Shown: positions 7,819 through 15,596 of the stretch, in pieces
How positions within the stretch are numbered: the first letter of the stretch is position 1
Layout of the letters: every line of letters starts with the position of its first letter
From: Methanobacteriota archaeon
GTDB lineage: Archaea > Hydrothermarchaeota > Hydrothermarchaeia > Hydrothermarchaeales > JACRDW01
DNA length: 16,027 nt
Assembly (NCBI GenBank): GCA_043820925.1
Contig: JBDRDL010000011.1
Coordinates: 1 to 16,027, forward strand
Direction of reading: 5' to 3'
Notes under the pieces: model-generated
Database searches by the model: none
What the model was told of the DNA's origin: nothing
The model's input: only the letters and a program-made list of their open reading frames with translations
Program-made: the position numbers and the translations under genes

Positions 7819-8635
7819 GCACCATCGCCCTCGCATATCTGTGCGCCCAGCATTCTATGTTAACTGCCACTGGCAGGGAAGCTGTGTGGCAGGCAGCACA
7901 CTCTACGTTCACTTTTAAACTCGTTGTTCTTCCTCCGAGTCCCATAGGTCCTATTCCCAGTTTGTTAATCTCCTCAAGCAGCTCTTTCTCCAATTTTGCG
8001 ATGTCTTTTTTCTTACTGTAGGAGTTAATTGGTCTCAGCAGGGCTTCCTTCGCTAATTTTGCAGCCAAGTCAAGGGAGCCGCCTATTCCGACGCCAGCTA
8101 TAGTCGGCGGGCAGGGCTTGCCCCCTGCGCTTTTGACGGTCTCTAAAACAAATTCTTTTATTCCCTGCAAGCCCTCGCTTGGCTCGAGCATTTTTGCAGC
8201 AGAACAATTCTCGCTTCCAGCACCTTTCGGGAAGTAGAGAACTTCAGTAGCGCTGCTATTTGAAAATTTCCAGTTAATGAGCGGAATACCCTCGCCGGCG
8301 TTATTTCCAGAATTTTTTCTGGTAAGCGGGTCCACCACATTTGGTCTCAGCGGCACTTTTTGGGTCGCCTCCTTCACTCCCTCGATGATTGCTTTTTCTA
8401 TCGCTTTGCGGTCTGCATCCTTTGCAAGGTAAACATAAAAAATTGGTAAGCCAGTATCCTGGCAGAGCGGCGCATTCAGCTTCTTGGCTAATTTAATATT
8501 TTCGAGCATATTGCGCAGCTGCAACCTTGCTATCTCGCTGTCCTCTCGCTTGTATGCCGCCTTCAGGGCTCTCACGACCTCTCTTGGGAGCTGCGTGTGC
8601 GCCCTTCTGATAAGCTCGACGATTTGTTTCTTCAT
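7808..8635 (-). CDS. Class I Fe-S hydro-lyase (fumarate hydratase/tartrate dehydratase type) alpha subunit
   Basis: [44 protein letters not shown] and CWAHR. Start at MKKQIVE (8635) preferred over the TTG at 8680. Confidence 0.9.
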   Translation of the reverse strand: MKKQIVELIRRAHTQLPREVVRALKAAYKREDSEIARLQLRNMLENIKLAKKLNAPLCQDTGLPIFYVYLAKDADRKAIEKAIIEGVKEATQKVPLRPNVVDPLTRKNSGNNAGEGIPLINWKFSNSSATEVLYFPKGAGSENCSAAKMLEPSEGLQGIKEFVLETVKSAGGKPCPPTIAGVGIGGSLDLAAKLAKEALLRPINSYSKKKDIAKLEKELLEEINKLGIGPMGLGGRTTSLKVNVECAACHTASLPVAVNIECWAHRYARAMVHGS

Positions 8636-8643
8636 ACTCAAAT

Positions 8644-8722
8644 GCTCGTGATAGCAGGTATTTAGGTATTGCGTTAGCAAGTATATGGGTATTACGCCTA
8701 GCTTCGCTATTGCGGAGCAATA
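8644..8722. repeat. Second intergenic copy of the palindromic element
   Basis: Shares an exact 15-mer TTGCGTTAGCAAGTA (8669-8683 = 1802-1816), GCTCRTGAT and TATTRCGCCTA with 1773-1834. Hairpins TAGC-TTC-GCTA and TATTGC-GGA-GCAATA. Confidence 0.75.
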
Positions 8723-8732
8723 AATTTAAAAG
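8722..8732. promoter_or_regulatory. Putative TATA element(s) of the divergent hydro-lyase alpha/pheS promoter
   Basis: AAATTTAAAAG lies about 22-30 nt before the pheS ATG and also reads as TTTTAAATTT on the minus strand. Confidence 0.45.
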
Positions 8733-8753
8733 CAAAAAAGGAAAGGTAAGCTT

Positions 8754-9992
8754 ATGTTCATTCTAACCGAGGAAGGCAGGGAATATTTGAGGCAGGGGCT
8801 GCCTGAGAAAAATCTTGTGGAAGCGCTGAGGAGAGGCCCCTTAGGACTCGACGAAGCGCAGGGGAAAATAAAAAACTTCGACATAGCTCTGCAGTGGGCA
8901 AAGAAAAAACGCTGGGTGGAGATAAGGGAAAGAAAGCTTTTCCTCGTCAGCGAGCCAAAGGAATTTCCTGCGCTTGAAGCGCTGAGGAGCATTTCTGAAG
9001 GAAGAGAAATCGAGGAAAAACTTCTCTCAATACTGCTTCAAAGAAAGCTGGTAAAAAAAGAGGAAGTACTCAAAGCAGAAGAATTCGCTGGCAAGGAAAT
9101 CACGAATCTTACTCCCGAGTTAATCAAGAGCAGATTATGGAAGGAAGTGAAACTGAAACCTTACAATGTCGAGGTTGTCGGGAAGAGGATTTATCCCGGC
9201 AAGAGGCAGCCGTACCAGCAGTTCATAAACAAGGTGAAGAGAAAGCTCATCGAGCTTGGATTCAAAGAGATGAGCGGTCCGCTCGTGGAAACAGAATTCT
9301 GGAATTTCGACGCCCTCTACCAGCCCCAGAACCATCCTGCACGGGACTGGGCTAGCACCTATCAGCTGAAAAATCCTAGATACGGAAGCCTGCCAGAGAA
9401 AAAAATTGTGGAGGAAGTGAAAAAAGCGCATGAAATCGGCGTGGCAGGCAGCAGGGGCTGGGGGTATAAATGGGACCCGCGAAGAGCTATGCAGCTAATG
9501 CCGAGGGCGCACGGCACCTGCCTATCTGCGAGAACTCTGGCAGCTAAGTCTGAGATACCGGGCAAGTATTTCGCAGTAGCAAGGTGCTATCGCCCGGACA
9601 TTCTCGATGCCATGCATTTAATAGAGTTCAATCAAGTTGAGGGCATCGTCACAGACGAGTCTCTCACCTTGACAAATTTGCTGGGCGTGCTTGAAATATT
9701 TGCGAAGGAAGTCGCCGGAGCAAAGAAAATTAAATTCCTGCCTGATTATTACCCGTTCACAGAGCCTTCGGTGCAGCTTTCAGCGAAGCACCCGGAGATG
9801 GGCTGGATAGAGTTCGGCGGCTCTGGGATATTCAGGGAGGAGCTCACCAAGCCGCTGGGCATAGATGTTCCTGTGATTGCATGGGGGATAGGAATCGACA
9901 GGCTTGCGATGTTCAAGCTGGGCATCGATGACATTCGCTATTTGTTCAGTCAAGACCTGAAATGGCTGAGAAATGCAAAGATGGTGATTTAA
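8754..9992 (+). CDS. pheS: Phenylalanine--tRNA ligase alpha subunit (archaeal type, short)
   Basis: FWNFDALYQPQNHPARD, HLIEFNQVEG, YYPFTEPS, GWIEFGGSGIFR and AWGIGIDRLAM. 412 aa. Confidence 0.97.
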   Translation: MFILTEEGREYLRQGLPEKNLVEALRRGPLGLDEAQGKIKNFDIALQWAKKKRWVEIRERKLFLVSEPKEFPALEALRSISEGREIEEKLLSILLQRKLVKKEEVLKAEEFAGKEITNLTPELIKSRLWKEVKLKPYNVEVVGKRIYPGKRQPYQQFINKVKRKLIELGFKEMSGPLVETEFWNFDALYQPQNHPARDWASTYQLKNPRYGSLPEKKIVEEVKKAHEIGVAGSRGWGYKWDPRRAMQLMPRAHGTCLSARTLAAKSEIPGKYFAVARCYRPDILDAMHLIEFNQVEGIVTDESLTLTNLLGVLEIFAKEVAGAKKIKFLPDYYPFTEPSVQLSAKHPEMGWIEFGGSGIFREELTKPLGIDVPVIAWGIGIDRLAMFKLGIDDIRYLFSQDLKWLRNAKMVI

Positions 9993-11638
9993 TGCCTACC
10001 GTCGAATTTTCTCTGGAAGACCTTGGGCAGCTTCTTGGAAAAAAAATCACTGCCAAAGAATTGGAAGATGCAATACTGCATGCCAAGGGCGAGGTAGAAT
10101 CTGTAAATGGAGACGCAGTAAAAGTTGACATCAAAGACACGAATAGACCTGATTTGTGGAGTGTCGAGGGAATTGCAAGAGAATTGCGGAGCAATTATGG
10201 AATAGAGGAAGGGCTCCCGAAATTCAACATCGCTAAATCTGGCGTCGTGATGAAGGTCGATGCCAAGGTCGAGAGAGTCAGACCGAAGACGGTCGGCGCA
10301 GTTGTAAGAAGGCTCAAACTCGGCGACTATGCAATAAAGCAGCTTATACAGCTCCAAGAAAAAATACATCAAACTTATGGGAGAAACAGAGAGCTTGCGG
10401 CAGTCGGAGTTTATGACTGCGAGAAGATTGAGCCCCCAATTTATTACACGACTGTAAAGCCAGAAGGCATAAAGTTCGTTCCCCTCGATTTCGAAGAAGA
10501 AATGACCCCGAGGGAGATTTTGGAAAGGCATCCGAAGGGCAGGGAGTACGGACACTTAATCAATAAATTCAAGGAATACCCTCTCATGATAGACTCGGAG
10601 AAGAACGTTCTTTCACTGCCCCCGATAATTAATTCGAGCATAGCTGGCAAAATTACCCCCGAAACGAAAAACGTCTTCATAGAGATAACAGGGCATGAAG
10701 TTGAAAGGATTTCCGTAGTTTTGAATGTTATAGTAGCTGCGCTGGCAGAAAGGGGCGGGCGCATTTACACCGTTGAGGTGCTCTACCCAAAGGAAAAGTT
10801 AATTGCGCCTGAGCTAGGAGCGAAAGAATTTGCACTTGATTTTGAATACTGCAAGAAGATTTTGGGACTGGAATTGCGCAAAGAGGAGATAATAAAACTC
10901 CTTAAAAAAGCAAGATACGGAGCGCAGATTTCTGGCAATAAAATATTGACAAAATATCCTGCCTACCGCAACGACGTAATGCACCAGAGAGACATCGTCG
11001 AAGACATAGCAATAGCCTATGGGCTTAATAAAATGATACCTGAGCCCCCGAAGCTTCCAACAGTCGGTGCAGCAGACGCAAAAGAAGAATTTTCAGACGC
11101 TGTCAGGGAAGTAATGGTCGGTCTGGGCTTTCAGGAAGTTTTAACCTTCTCTTTAACCAGCAAGGGTACTCTTTTCAGGAAGATGAACCTCGAAGAAAAA
11201 GAAATTTGTGAGATTGCGAATCCAATCAGCGCCAACTGGAGCGTTCTGCGGAGCTGGCTGCTGCCGAGCCTCTTGGAATTTTTAGCGAGTAACCTGCACG
11301 TCGAATATCCTCACAGGATTTTTGAGGTAGGCGACGCCGTGGAAATAGACGAAATGCAGGAAACCAGAACAAGAACGATAAGAAGGCTGGCATGCACTAT
11401 TGCGGATACGAAGGTCAGCTATGAAGAGATATCCTCAGTTTTAGATGCCCTGATGAGGAATTTAGGAATAAGTTTTAAACTGAAGAGGAGCGCACATCCG
11501 AGCTTCATTCCAGGAAGAGTCTCAGAGATTTTCGTTAATAGCAAACCGCTCGGAGTAGTTGGCGAGGTTCACCCGCAGGTTCTCAACAACTGGGGGATAG
11601 AGAATCCTGTCGCCGCATTTGAAGTCGAGTTACTTTGA
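9992..11638 (+). CDS. pheT: Phenylalanine--tRNA ligase beta subunit (archaeal type)
   Basis: MPTVEF start overlaps the pheS stop (TAATG). NRPDLWSVEGIAR, LSLPPIINS, YRNDVMHQRDIVEDIAIAYG and GEVHPQVLNNW motifs. Confidence 0.97.
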   Translation: MPTVEFSLEDLGQLLGKKITAKELEDAILHAKGEVESVNGDAVKVDIKDTNRPDLWSVEGIARELRSNYGIEEGLPKFNIAKSGVVMKVDAKVERVRPKTVGAVVRRLKLGDYAIKQLIQLQEKIHQTYGRNRELAAVGVYDCEKIEPPIYYTTVKPEGIKFVPLDFEEEMTPREILERHPKGREYGHLINKFKEYPLMIDSEKNVLSLPPIINSSIAGKITPETKNVFIEITGHEVERISVVLNVIVAALAERGGRIYTVEVLYPKEKLIAPELGAKEFALDFEYCKKILGLELRKEEIIKLLKKARYGAQISGNKILTKYPAYRNDVMHQRDIVEDIAIAYGLNKMIPEPPKLPTVGAADAKEEFSDAVREVMVGLGFQEVLTFSLTSKGTLFRKMNLEEKEICEIANPISANWSVLRSWLLPSLLEFLASNLHVEYPHRIFEVGDAVEIDEMQETRTRTIRRLACTIADTKVSYEEISSVLDALMRNLGISFKLKRSAHPSFIPGRVSEIFVNSKPLGVVGEVHPQVLNNWGIENPVAAFEVELL

Positions 11639-11896
11639 TTCTTTCTTTTTCTCCTTTTTTGCTTCCGCTTCTGGATAATACAAAATCGCAATCAGCACGA
11701 ACAAAACAGAAAAAGTTATGTAGTAATCATAAGCCAGTATGTCTTTCGCAACCGTATATACAGAGACGATTCCAAACACGACTCCCAACCCTGCGAAGAG
11801 CCAGAATATCTGTTCCCTCTCCATCTGCTTCTCTAAGTAGTACATCGTGAAGAGGATTATTACAATTCCTGCTCCGAGTGCTAACTTTACCTCCAT
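11630..11896 (-). CDS. Small hypothetical membrane protein (about 3 TM helices, Lys/Glu-rich tail)
   Basis: 88 aa with three hydrophobic segments. Convergent with pheT, stops overlapping. Confidence 0.7.
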   Translation of the reverse strand: MEVKLALGAGIVIILFTMYYLEKQMEREQIFWLFAGLGVVFGIVSVYTVAKDILAYDYYITFSVLFVLIAILYYPEAEAKKEKKKESK

Positions 11897-11903
11897 TTCA
11901 ATC

Positions 11904-11980
11904 CCTTCGTCACTTCATCGCTCCGCTCTTCGTTCCTCGGTCTTGACCCATTCTACCACTTGCTACGCAAGTGATAAGAA
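11904..11980. repeat. REP-like intergenic segment with a GTA-loop hairpin related to the element family
   Basis: Perfect hairpin CACTTGC-TAC-GCAAGTG (11957-11973). Minus strand TTGCGTAGCAAGT...ATGGGT resembles 8669-8690, followed by GAGGAACGAAG-AGCGGAGCGATGAAG-TGACGAAG. Confidence 0.5.
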
Positions 11981-12037
11981 GCTAGTTCCGTCTTACAACT
12001 TCACTAGTGCGGCATTTAAACTTTTTGCCAAGGGCAA

Positions 12038-12289
12038 TCAAGCTATATACGAATCGCTCTCTCTGTAACATTTTTCTTTGAACGGGCAGTCTTTGACCCA
12101 GCATGCGAGGTAGGCTGTATGAAGCACTTCGTAATCTTCTTCATAAAATTCTGTGCTTCTGAACTCCGGCTCATAGCAGCTGTGCTTCTCCCAGGCTGTT
12201 ACTATTTTTTCCTCTGCGAGAGCGCAGCTGCCTGTTTCTTCCTTCTCTTTAGATTGCACCCAGTGCTTGCAGGAATAACAGCAGCCCAT
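12038..12289 (-). CDS. Small cysteine-rich hypothetical protein (probable metal binder)
   Basis: 83 aa with 8 Cys (CCxxCxH...C...C...Cx4Cx5C). Starts 1 nt after the radical SAM stop. Confidence 0.65.
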   Translation of the reverse strand: MGCCYSCKHWVQSKEKEETGSCALAEEKIVTAWEKHSCYEPEFRSTEFYEEDYEVLHTAYLACWVKDCPFKEKCYRESDSYIA

Positions 12290-12290
12290 G

Positions 12291-13127
12291 TTATGCGCCT
12301 ATTAAATGCGAGCCGTCGCAGGTTTTTGCGGTTTTCAAATTAAATCCTTCCCTGCACGTTGCGAAGGTTATTTCATACCTGTCGCACAATTCTCTTACTT
12401 TTTTCAGCAGTTCGAATCTGAGTATTCTCGGCAGGTAATACGCATTCTTGTGTTTGTCGAGGTACATTCCTTTGAGCTCTTTCGCTTCTTTTTCAAAAGT
12501 ATTCTCAAATCTCTGCCAGGAATCTGGTCTTGCCTTGAACGTCGAAGCAACGACGTGAGAGACTCCGATATCGCTGAACTCTTTTATCAATGCACTTGCA
12601 TCCTCGTTTACGTGCGGTATAATCGGGTCGATTCTGCAGGAGACTTTTATATCGTTGCTTATGAGTTTTTCAAGCGCTCTCAATCTCCTCTCGGGAGAAG
12701 GCGCAAATGGCTCTAGTTTTTTCGCCACTTCCTCGTCCAGTGTGGTTATCGTCATGCTAACGCTTGCCCGCATGTTTTTAAGCAAATCGATGTCTCTCGT
12801 AACCAAGTCAGACTTGGTGATAATGAGTACTTTAAAATCCCTAAGAAGCTTTAAGCAGGCTCTCGTGAGTTTGTACTCCTTCTCCATCGGTGTGTAGGGG
12901 TCAGAGCTGTTGGACATGGAGATAGGTATTTTTTTGTTGAGTTTCTTCCTGTCTTTTTTAACTTCCATCAGTAAATTTTTCTTGAGCCTGCACTCAAAAC
13001 CTCTTGGTATGTACGAAGTGATGTAGCAGTAAACGCATCGATGCTCGCAGCCAGTGTAGGGGTTGAGGGAATACTTCTTCGGGCAGGTGCAGAACTGGTC
13101 TCCCCAGGGGTCAAAATATGTTATCAT
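12291..13127 (-). CDS. Radical SAM protein, spore-photoproduct-lyase-like family
   Basis: LNPYTGCEHRCVYCY (CxxxCxxC), SNSSDPY, ITKSDLVTRD, LEPFAPSPERR and RIDPIIP. Extra Cys in CTCP, CREG and CDGSH. Confidence 0.9.
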   Translation of the reverse strand: MITYFDPWGDQFCTCPKKYSLNPYTGCEHRCVYCYITSYIPRGFECRLKKNLLMEVKKDRKKLNKKIPISMSNSSDPYTPMEKEYKLTRACLKLLRDFKVLIITKSDLVTRDIDLLKNMRASVSMTITTLDEEVAKKLEPFAPSPERRLRALEKLISNDIKVSCRIDPIIPHVNEDASALIKEFSDIGVSHVVASTFKARPDSWQRFENTFEKEAKELKGMYLDKHKNAYYLPRILRFELLKKVRELCDRYEITFATCREGFNLKTAKTCDGSHLIGA

Positions 13128-13128
13128 A

Positions 13129-14244
13129 TCAATCTCTAATTATAAACCCTTCGAGTTTATCCCTTGCCCTCTCTCTTTTCTTTTGGTGCTGCTCCAGGAA
13201 TTTCGCTACTCTTTCCGCCAGCTCCTTCTTGCAATCGCCGCACAGAATTTCGCCCTGTCTGCAGCTCTTGCTCAACTCCTTTACTTTCTCGTCGTCTTCT
13301 TCGAAAATGTAAAAGTAGTACTGGTAAATCGAGCAGACATTTGGATTGCCGCCTTTTTTGCGCTGCTCCTCTATCGTCGCCTGCCCTCCGGTGAATGCAT
13401 CTACGATTTTCTTCTTTGCGGCTTCCGGAGCATCTACTGTAAATATGCTCGTCTCGGTTTTTGAGGCAGACATCTTGTCAGAGCCTGTCAGCGAAGGGAA
13501 GAACTTGCAGTGAATCAGCGATGGCTTGGGATAGCCGAGCATCGGCGCAACGTCTCGAGTAACCCTGAAGTGCGCATCCTGGTCTATTGCGCAGGGAATT
13601 AGACAAGGCACTGCCTTGTTCTGTCTTTCTGATTCTAAAAATGCAGGAACAGACTGAATACTCGTAAAAAAAATGCTGCCTATGTTGTTGCTGTTATTGA
13701 AGCCGAATACTGCCTTGGCAGTTGAAAAAGTTACCCTCTTCGCAACCTTCAGTGCAAGCCTGTACTGCGATGCTATAAATTCGGTATCCAAGAAAATCTC
13801 TGTTTTTTTTGAATCGAATCCGAGGGCGATAACGTCGAGTGCATTTTCGTATGCGTATTTTTTAGCGTCTTCCAAGCTCAGGGACTCGCTGAACAGGAAT
13901 TTTTCATCATCAGTAAGCTGAAACAAAAGCTTTGCGCCAAAAGCGTCTTGCAGGTATTTGGTAAATATCCATGGCATGAGATGACCGAGATGGGTGTGCC
14001 CAGAAGGACCCCGACCTGTGTAGAGCACGAATTTGTTGCCCTTCTCGTACTCGTCGAGTATCCAGTCAAAGTCTCGGTGGGAGTAAAAAATCTCCCGCCT
14101 GAGCATCGGATGCAATCTGGCATGCTTTTTAATTTTTTTCAGCAGCTTCTCGGTTATTCGCTGGGTGCCGAACCTCTCCACTAACTTGTCGTAGTCTATC
14201 TCTCCCTTCACTTCCCAGGGCGTGACAACGAAATTGTTTTTCAT
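13129..14244 (-). CDS. trpS: Tryptophan--tRNA ligase (archaeal/eukaryal type)
   Basis: VTPWEV, YTGRGPSGHTHLGH (HIGH), AIDQDAHFR and KMSAS (KMSKS). 371 aa. Confidence 0.97.
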   Translation of the reverse strand: MKNNFVVTPWEVKGEIDYDKLVERFGTQRITEKLLKKIKKHARLHPMLRREIFYSHRDFDWILDEYEKGNKFVLYTGRGPSGHTHLGHLMPWIFTKYLQDAFGAKLLFQLTDDEKFLFSESLSLEDAKKYAYENALDVIALGFDSKKTEIFLDTEFIASQYRLALKVAKRVTFSTAKAVFGFNNSNNIGSIFFTSIQSVPAFLESERQNKAVPCLIPCAIDQDAHFRVTRDVAPMLGYPKPSLIHCKFFPSLTGSDKMSASKTETSIFTVDAPEAAKKKIVDAFTGGQATIEEQRKKGGNPNVCSIYQYYFYIFEEDDEKVKELSKSCRQGEILCGDCKKELAERVAKFLEQHQKKRERARDKLEGFIIRD

Positions 14245-14246
14245 AC

Positions 14247-14321
14247 TTAATCCTCTTGCGAGAACTATATTTAATCCTTATCGTTAAATTTATATGTAGG
14301 AATTAAAGATTTTTAGTAGGA
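14247..14321. promoter_or_regulatory. Divergent trpS / toxin-antitoxin promoter region
   Basis: Minus-strand TTAAATATA (14274-14266) before trpS and plus-strand TTTATAT (14289-14295) before the antitoxin. Repeated TTAATCCT and TAGGA motifs. Confidence 0.5.
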
Positions 14322-14330
14322 GATATAAAA

Positions 14331-14564
14331 ATGTATAGGAAAGTAACAAGGCGATTCCAGATAACAATTCCAGAGGACTGGAGAAAAAAATACCGGGTGA
14401 AAGAGGGTGACAAGCTCATATCCTTCGAGAATGAAAGAGGACAGCTTGTTGTTGTGACCCTTGAACAAGCGTTAGATAAATGGGAGGAAAACACCCGTGA
14501 TTTGGGCAGTACGATAAAAGAGTTCAGGGAAGGCTTCAAGAAAAGGGGCGAGAGACTTAGATGA
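14331..14564 (+). CDS. AbrB/MazE/SpoVT-family antitoxin
   Basis: RKVTRRFQITIPEDWRKKYRVKEGDKL AbrB signature. 77 aa, ATGA overlap with the PIN gene. Confidence 0.92.
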   Translation: MYRKVTRRFQITIPEDWRKKYRVKEGDKLISFENERGQLVVVTLEQALDKWEENTRDLGSTIKEFREGFKKRGERLR

Positions 14565-14935
14565 GATTTCTTCTCGACACGAATGTCTTCAATGACAGGA
14601 AATTTCTGGAATGGATAAGGGAGCATGGCGATGAATTTTACGTTTCTGCGGTGTCGGCAATGGAACTGGTTTATCATCATCTCAAGAAAGGAATGCCTGA
14701 AGGATACACGCTCTCTGTTTTGAAAGCTATTGGAATTAAAATAGCAGACTTCGGCTACGAGGCTGCACTTCAGGGTGCTAAATCTGCAATAGAGAAATGG
14801 GACTTCAGCGAGCGCGCCCCTGATTACGCAGTTCTCGGCGCTGCGAAAGCGCTTGATGCTGTTCTTGTTACTCATGACAAAGGGCAGTTCGCATACGAAA
14901 AAGTCAAGACGCCGGGAGAGGTTATGAATGGGTAA
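14561..14935 (+). CDS. vapC: PIN-domain VapC-family toxin
   Basis: RFLLDTNVF, SAVSAMEL, PDYAVLGAA and LVTHD carry the four acidic PIN residues. 124 aa. Confidence 0.9.
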   Translation: MRFLLDTNVFNDRKFLEWIREHGDEFYVSAVSAMELVYHHLKKGMPEGYTLSVLKAIGIKIADFGYEAALQGAKSAIEKWDFSERAPDYAVLGAAKALDAVLVTHDKGQFAYEKVKTPGEVMNG

Positions 14936-14949
14936 ATTTGATACAATCT

Positions 14950-15450
14950 TCACGGCGTTATTCTTTCAACCATGTAATACGTTATGTCCCCTTCATCGTC
15001 CACCACTGCGAACATAATCTTCTTCTTCACGCCCTGCGTCAGGCGAATTGCACGTGCCATCTCAGGGAACGAAATTACGTAATTTTCCGGCACGGCGTGC
15101 ACAAGATATTTTGAGTGCTCGGTCAAAAACTCGCCCCGCTCGTAAACTCTGAAGTGCGCTCCAAATTTGAAGCCTGTTTTTACTATATAGCCCCGCTCCC
15201 GCAAATCCTTGTAAACTCTGTAGCGAAGCATGAATTCTTTTTCCTCGACTCTCTTCAGAATATCTTTTTTTGCAACTTCTTTTTTATTCTCGAAAATTTT
15301 CAGCGATTCCCGCTCAAGGAGAAATAATCCTTCCAGCAGGGATAGCTCAAGCTTGTCCTCTACTTTTTTTCCAAATCCCTTCTGGTGCAGCCTATCTATT
15401 GAAGGCTGGTCGTCTACTATTATTTTATCCTCGACAAGAGAAGCTTCCAT
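14950..15450 (-). CDS. endA: tRNA-splicing endonuclease (single catalytic unit, alpha4-size)
   Basis: LSLLEGLFL, VYKDLRERGYIVKTGFKFGAHFRVY (catalytic Y), EHSKY (H), VKKK (K) and VDDEGDITYY. Start moved to ATG 15450 (166 aa) because a TATA box lies 24-32 nt upstream of it. Confidence 0.95.
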   Translation of the reverse strand: MEASLVEDKIIVDDQPSIDRLHQKGFGKKVEDKLELSLLEGLFLLERESLKIFENKKEVAKKDILKRVEEKEFMLRYRVYKDLRERGYIVKTGFKFGAHFRVYERGEFLTEHSKYLVHAVPENYVISFPEMARAIRLTQGVKKKIMFAVVDDEGDITYYMVERITP

Positions 15451-15473
15451 GATACTCTCAACGATAGCTTTAG

Positions 15474-15482
15474 TTATATAAA
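15474..15482 (-). promoter_or_regulatory. Putative TATA box for leaderless endA
   Basis: Minus strand TTTATATAA lies 24-32 nt upstream of ATG 15450. Confidence 0.55.
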
Positions 15483-15596
15483 TTTTAGTAACCTTTTTAT
15501 CTTTCAACATGCAAAGCCTTAAGCATGTGCGAATCTAGAAAAATGCGAGAATCGTGGGGGTGAACGCAGAGAAGCACGAAATTTTTATAAAAAAAA

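Noticed and set aside
12290..12301. GTTATGCGCCTA resembling the repeat's GTTATTGCGCCTA block (also GTTATTGCGC near 6156)
   Set aside because: Short, explained by codons, and without the accompanying hairpins.
295..14184. Numerous 60-190 aa antisense or alternate-frame ORFs in the track (e.g. 295-624, 3572-3994, 5038-5514, 9989-10555, 12306-12716)
   Set aside because: All overlap confidently identified genes and have shadow-like composition.
14303..14953. 216-aa minus-strand ORF
   Set aside because: Antisense shadow of the well-supported AbrB/VapC pair, with no recognisable motifs.
15156..15165. 10-nt match between the D guide region and endA
   Set aside because: The endA mRNA carries the same sequence as the guide (sense, in KFGAH codons), so it cannot base-pair with it. 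Likely chance.
15451..15510. N-terminal extension of endA in the ORF track (similarly 8636-8680, 7819-7836, 9962-9991)
   Set aside because: The extensions run through TATA boxes, the repeat element or the upstream gene. Downstream ATGs fit family N-termini better.
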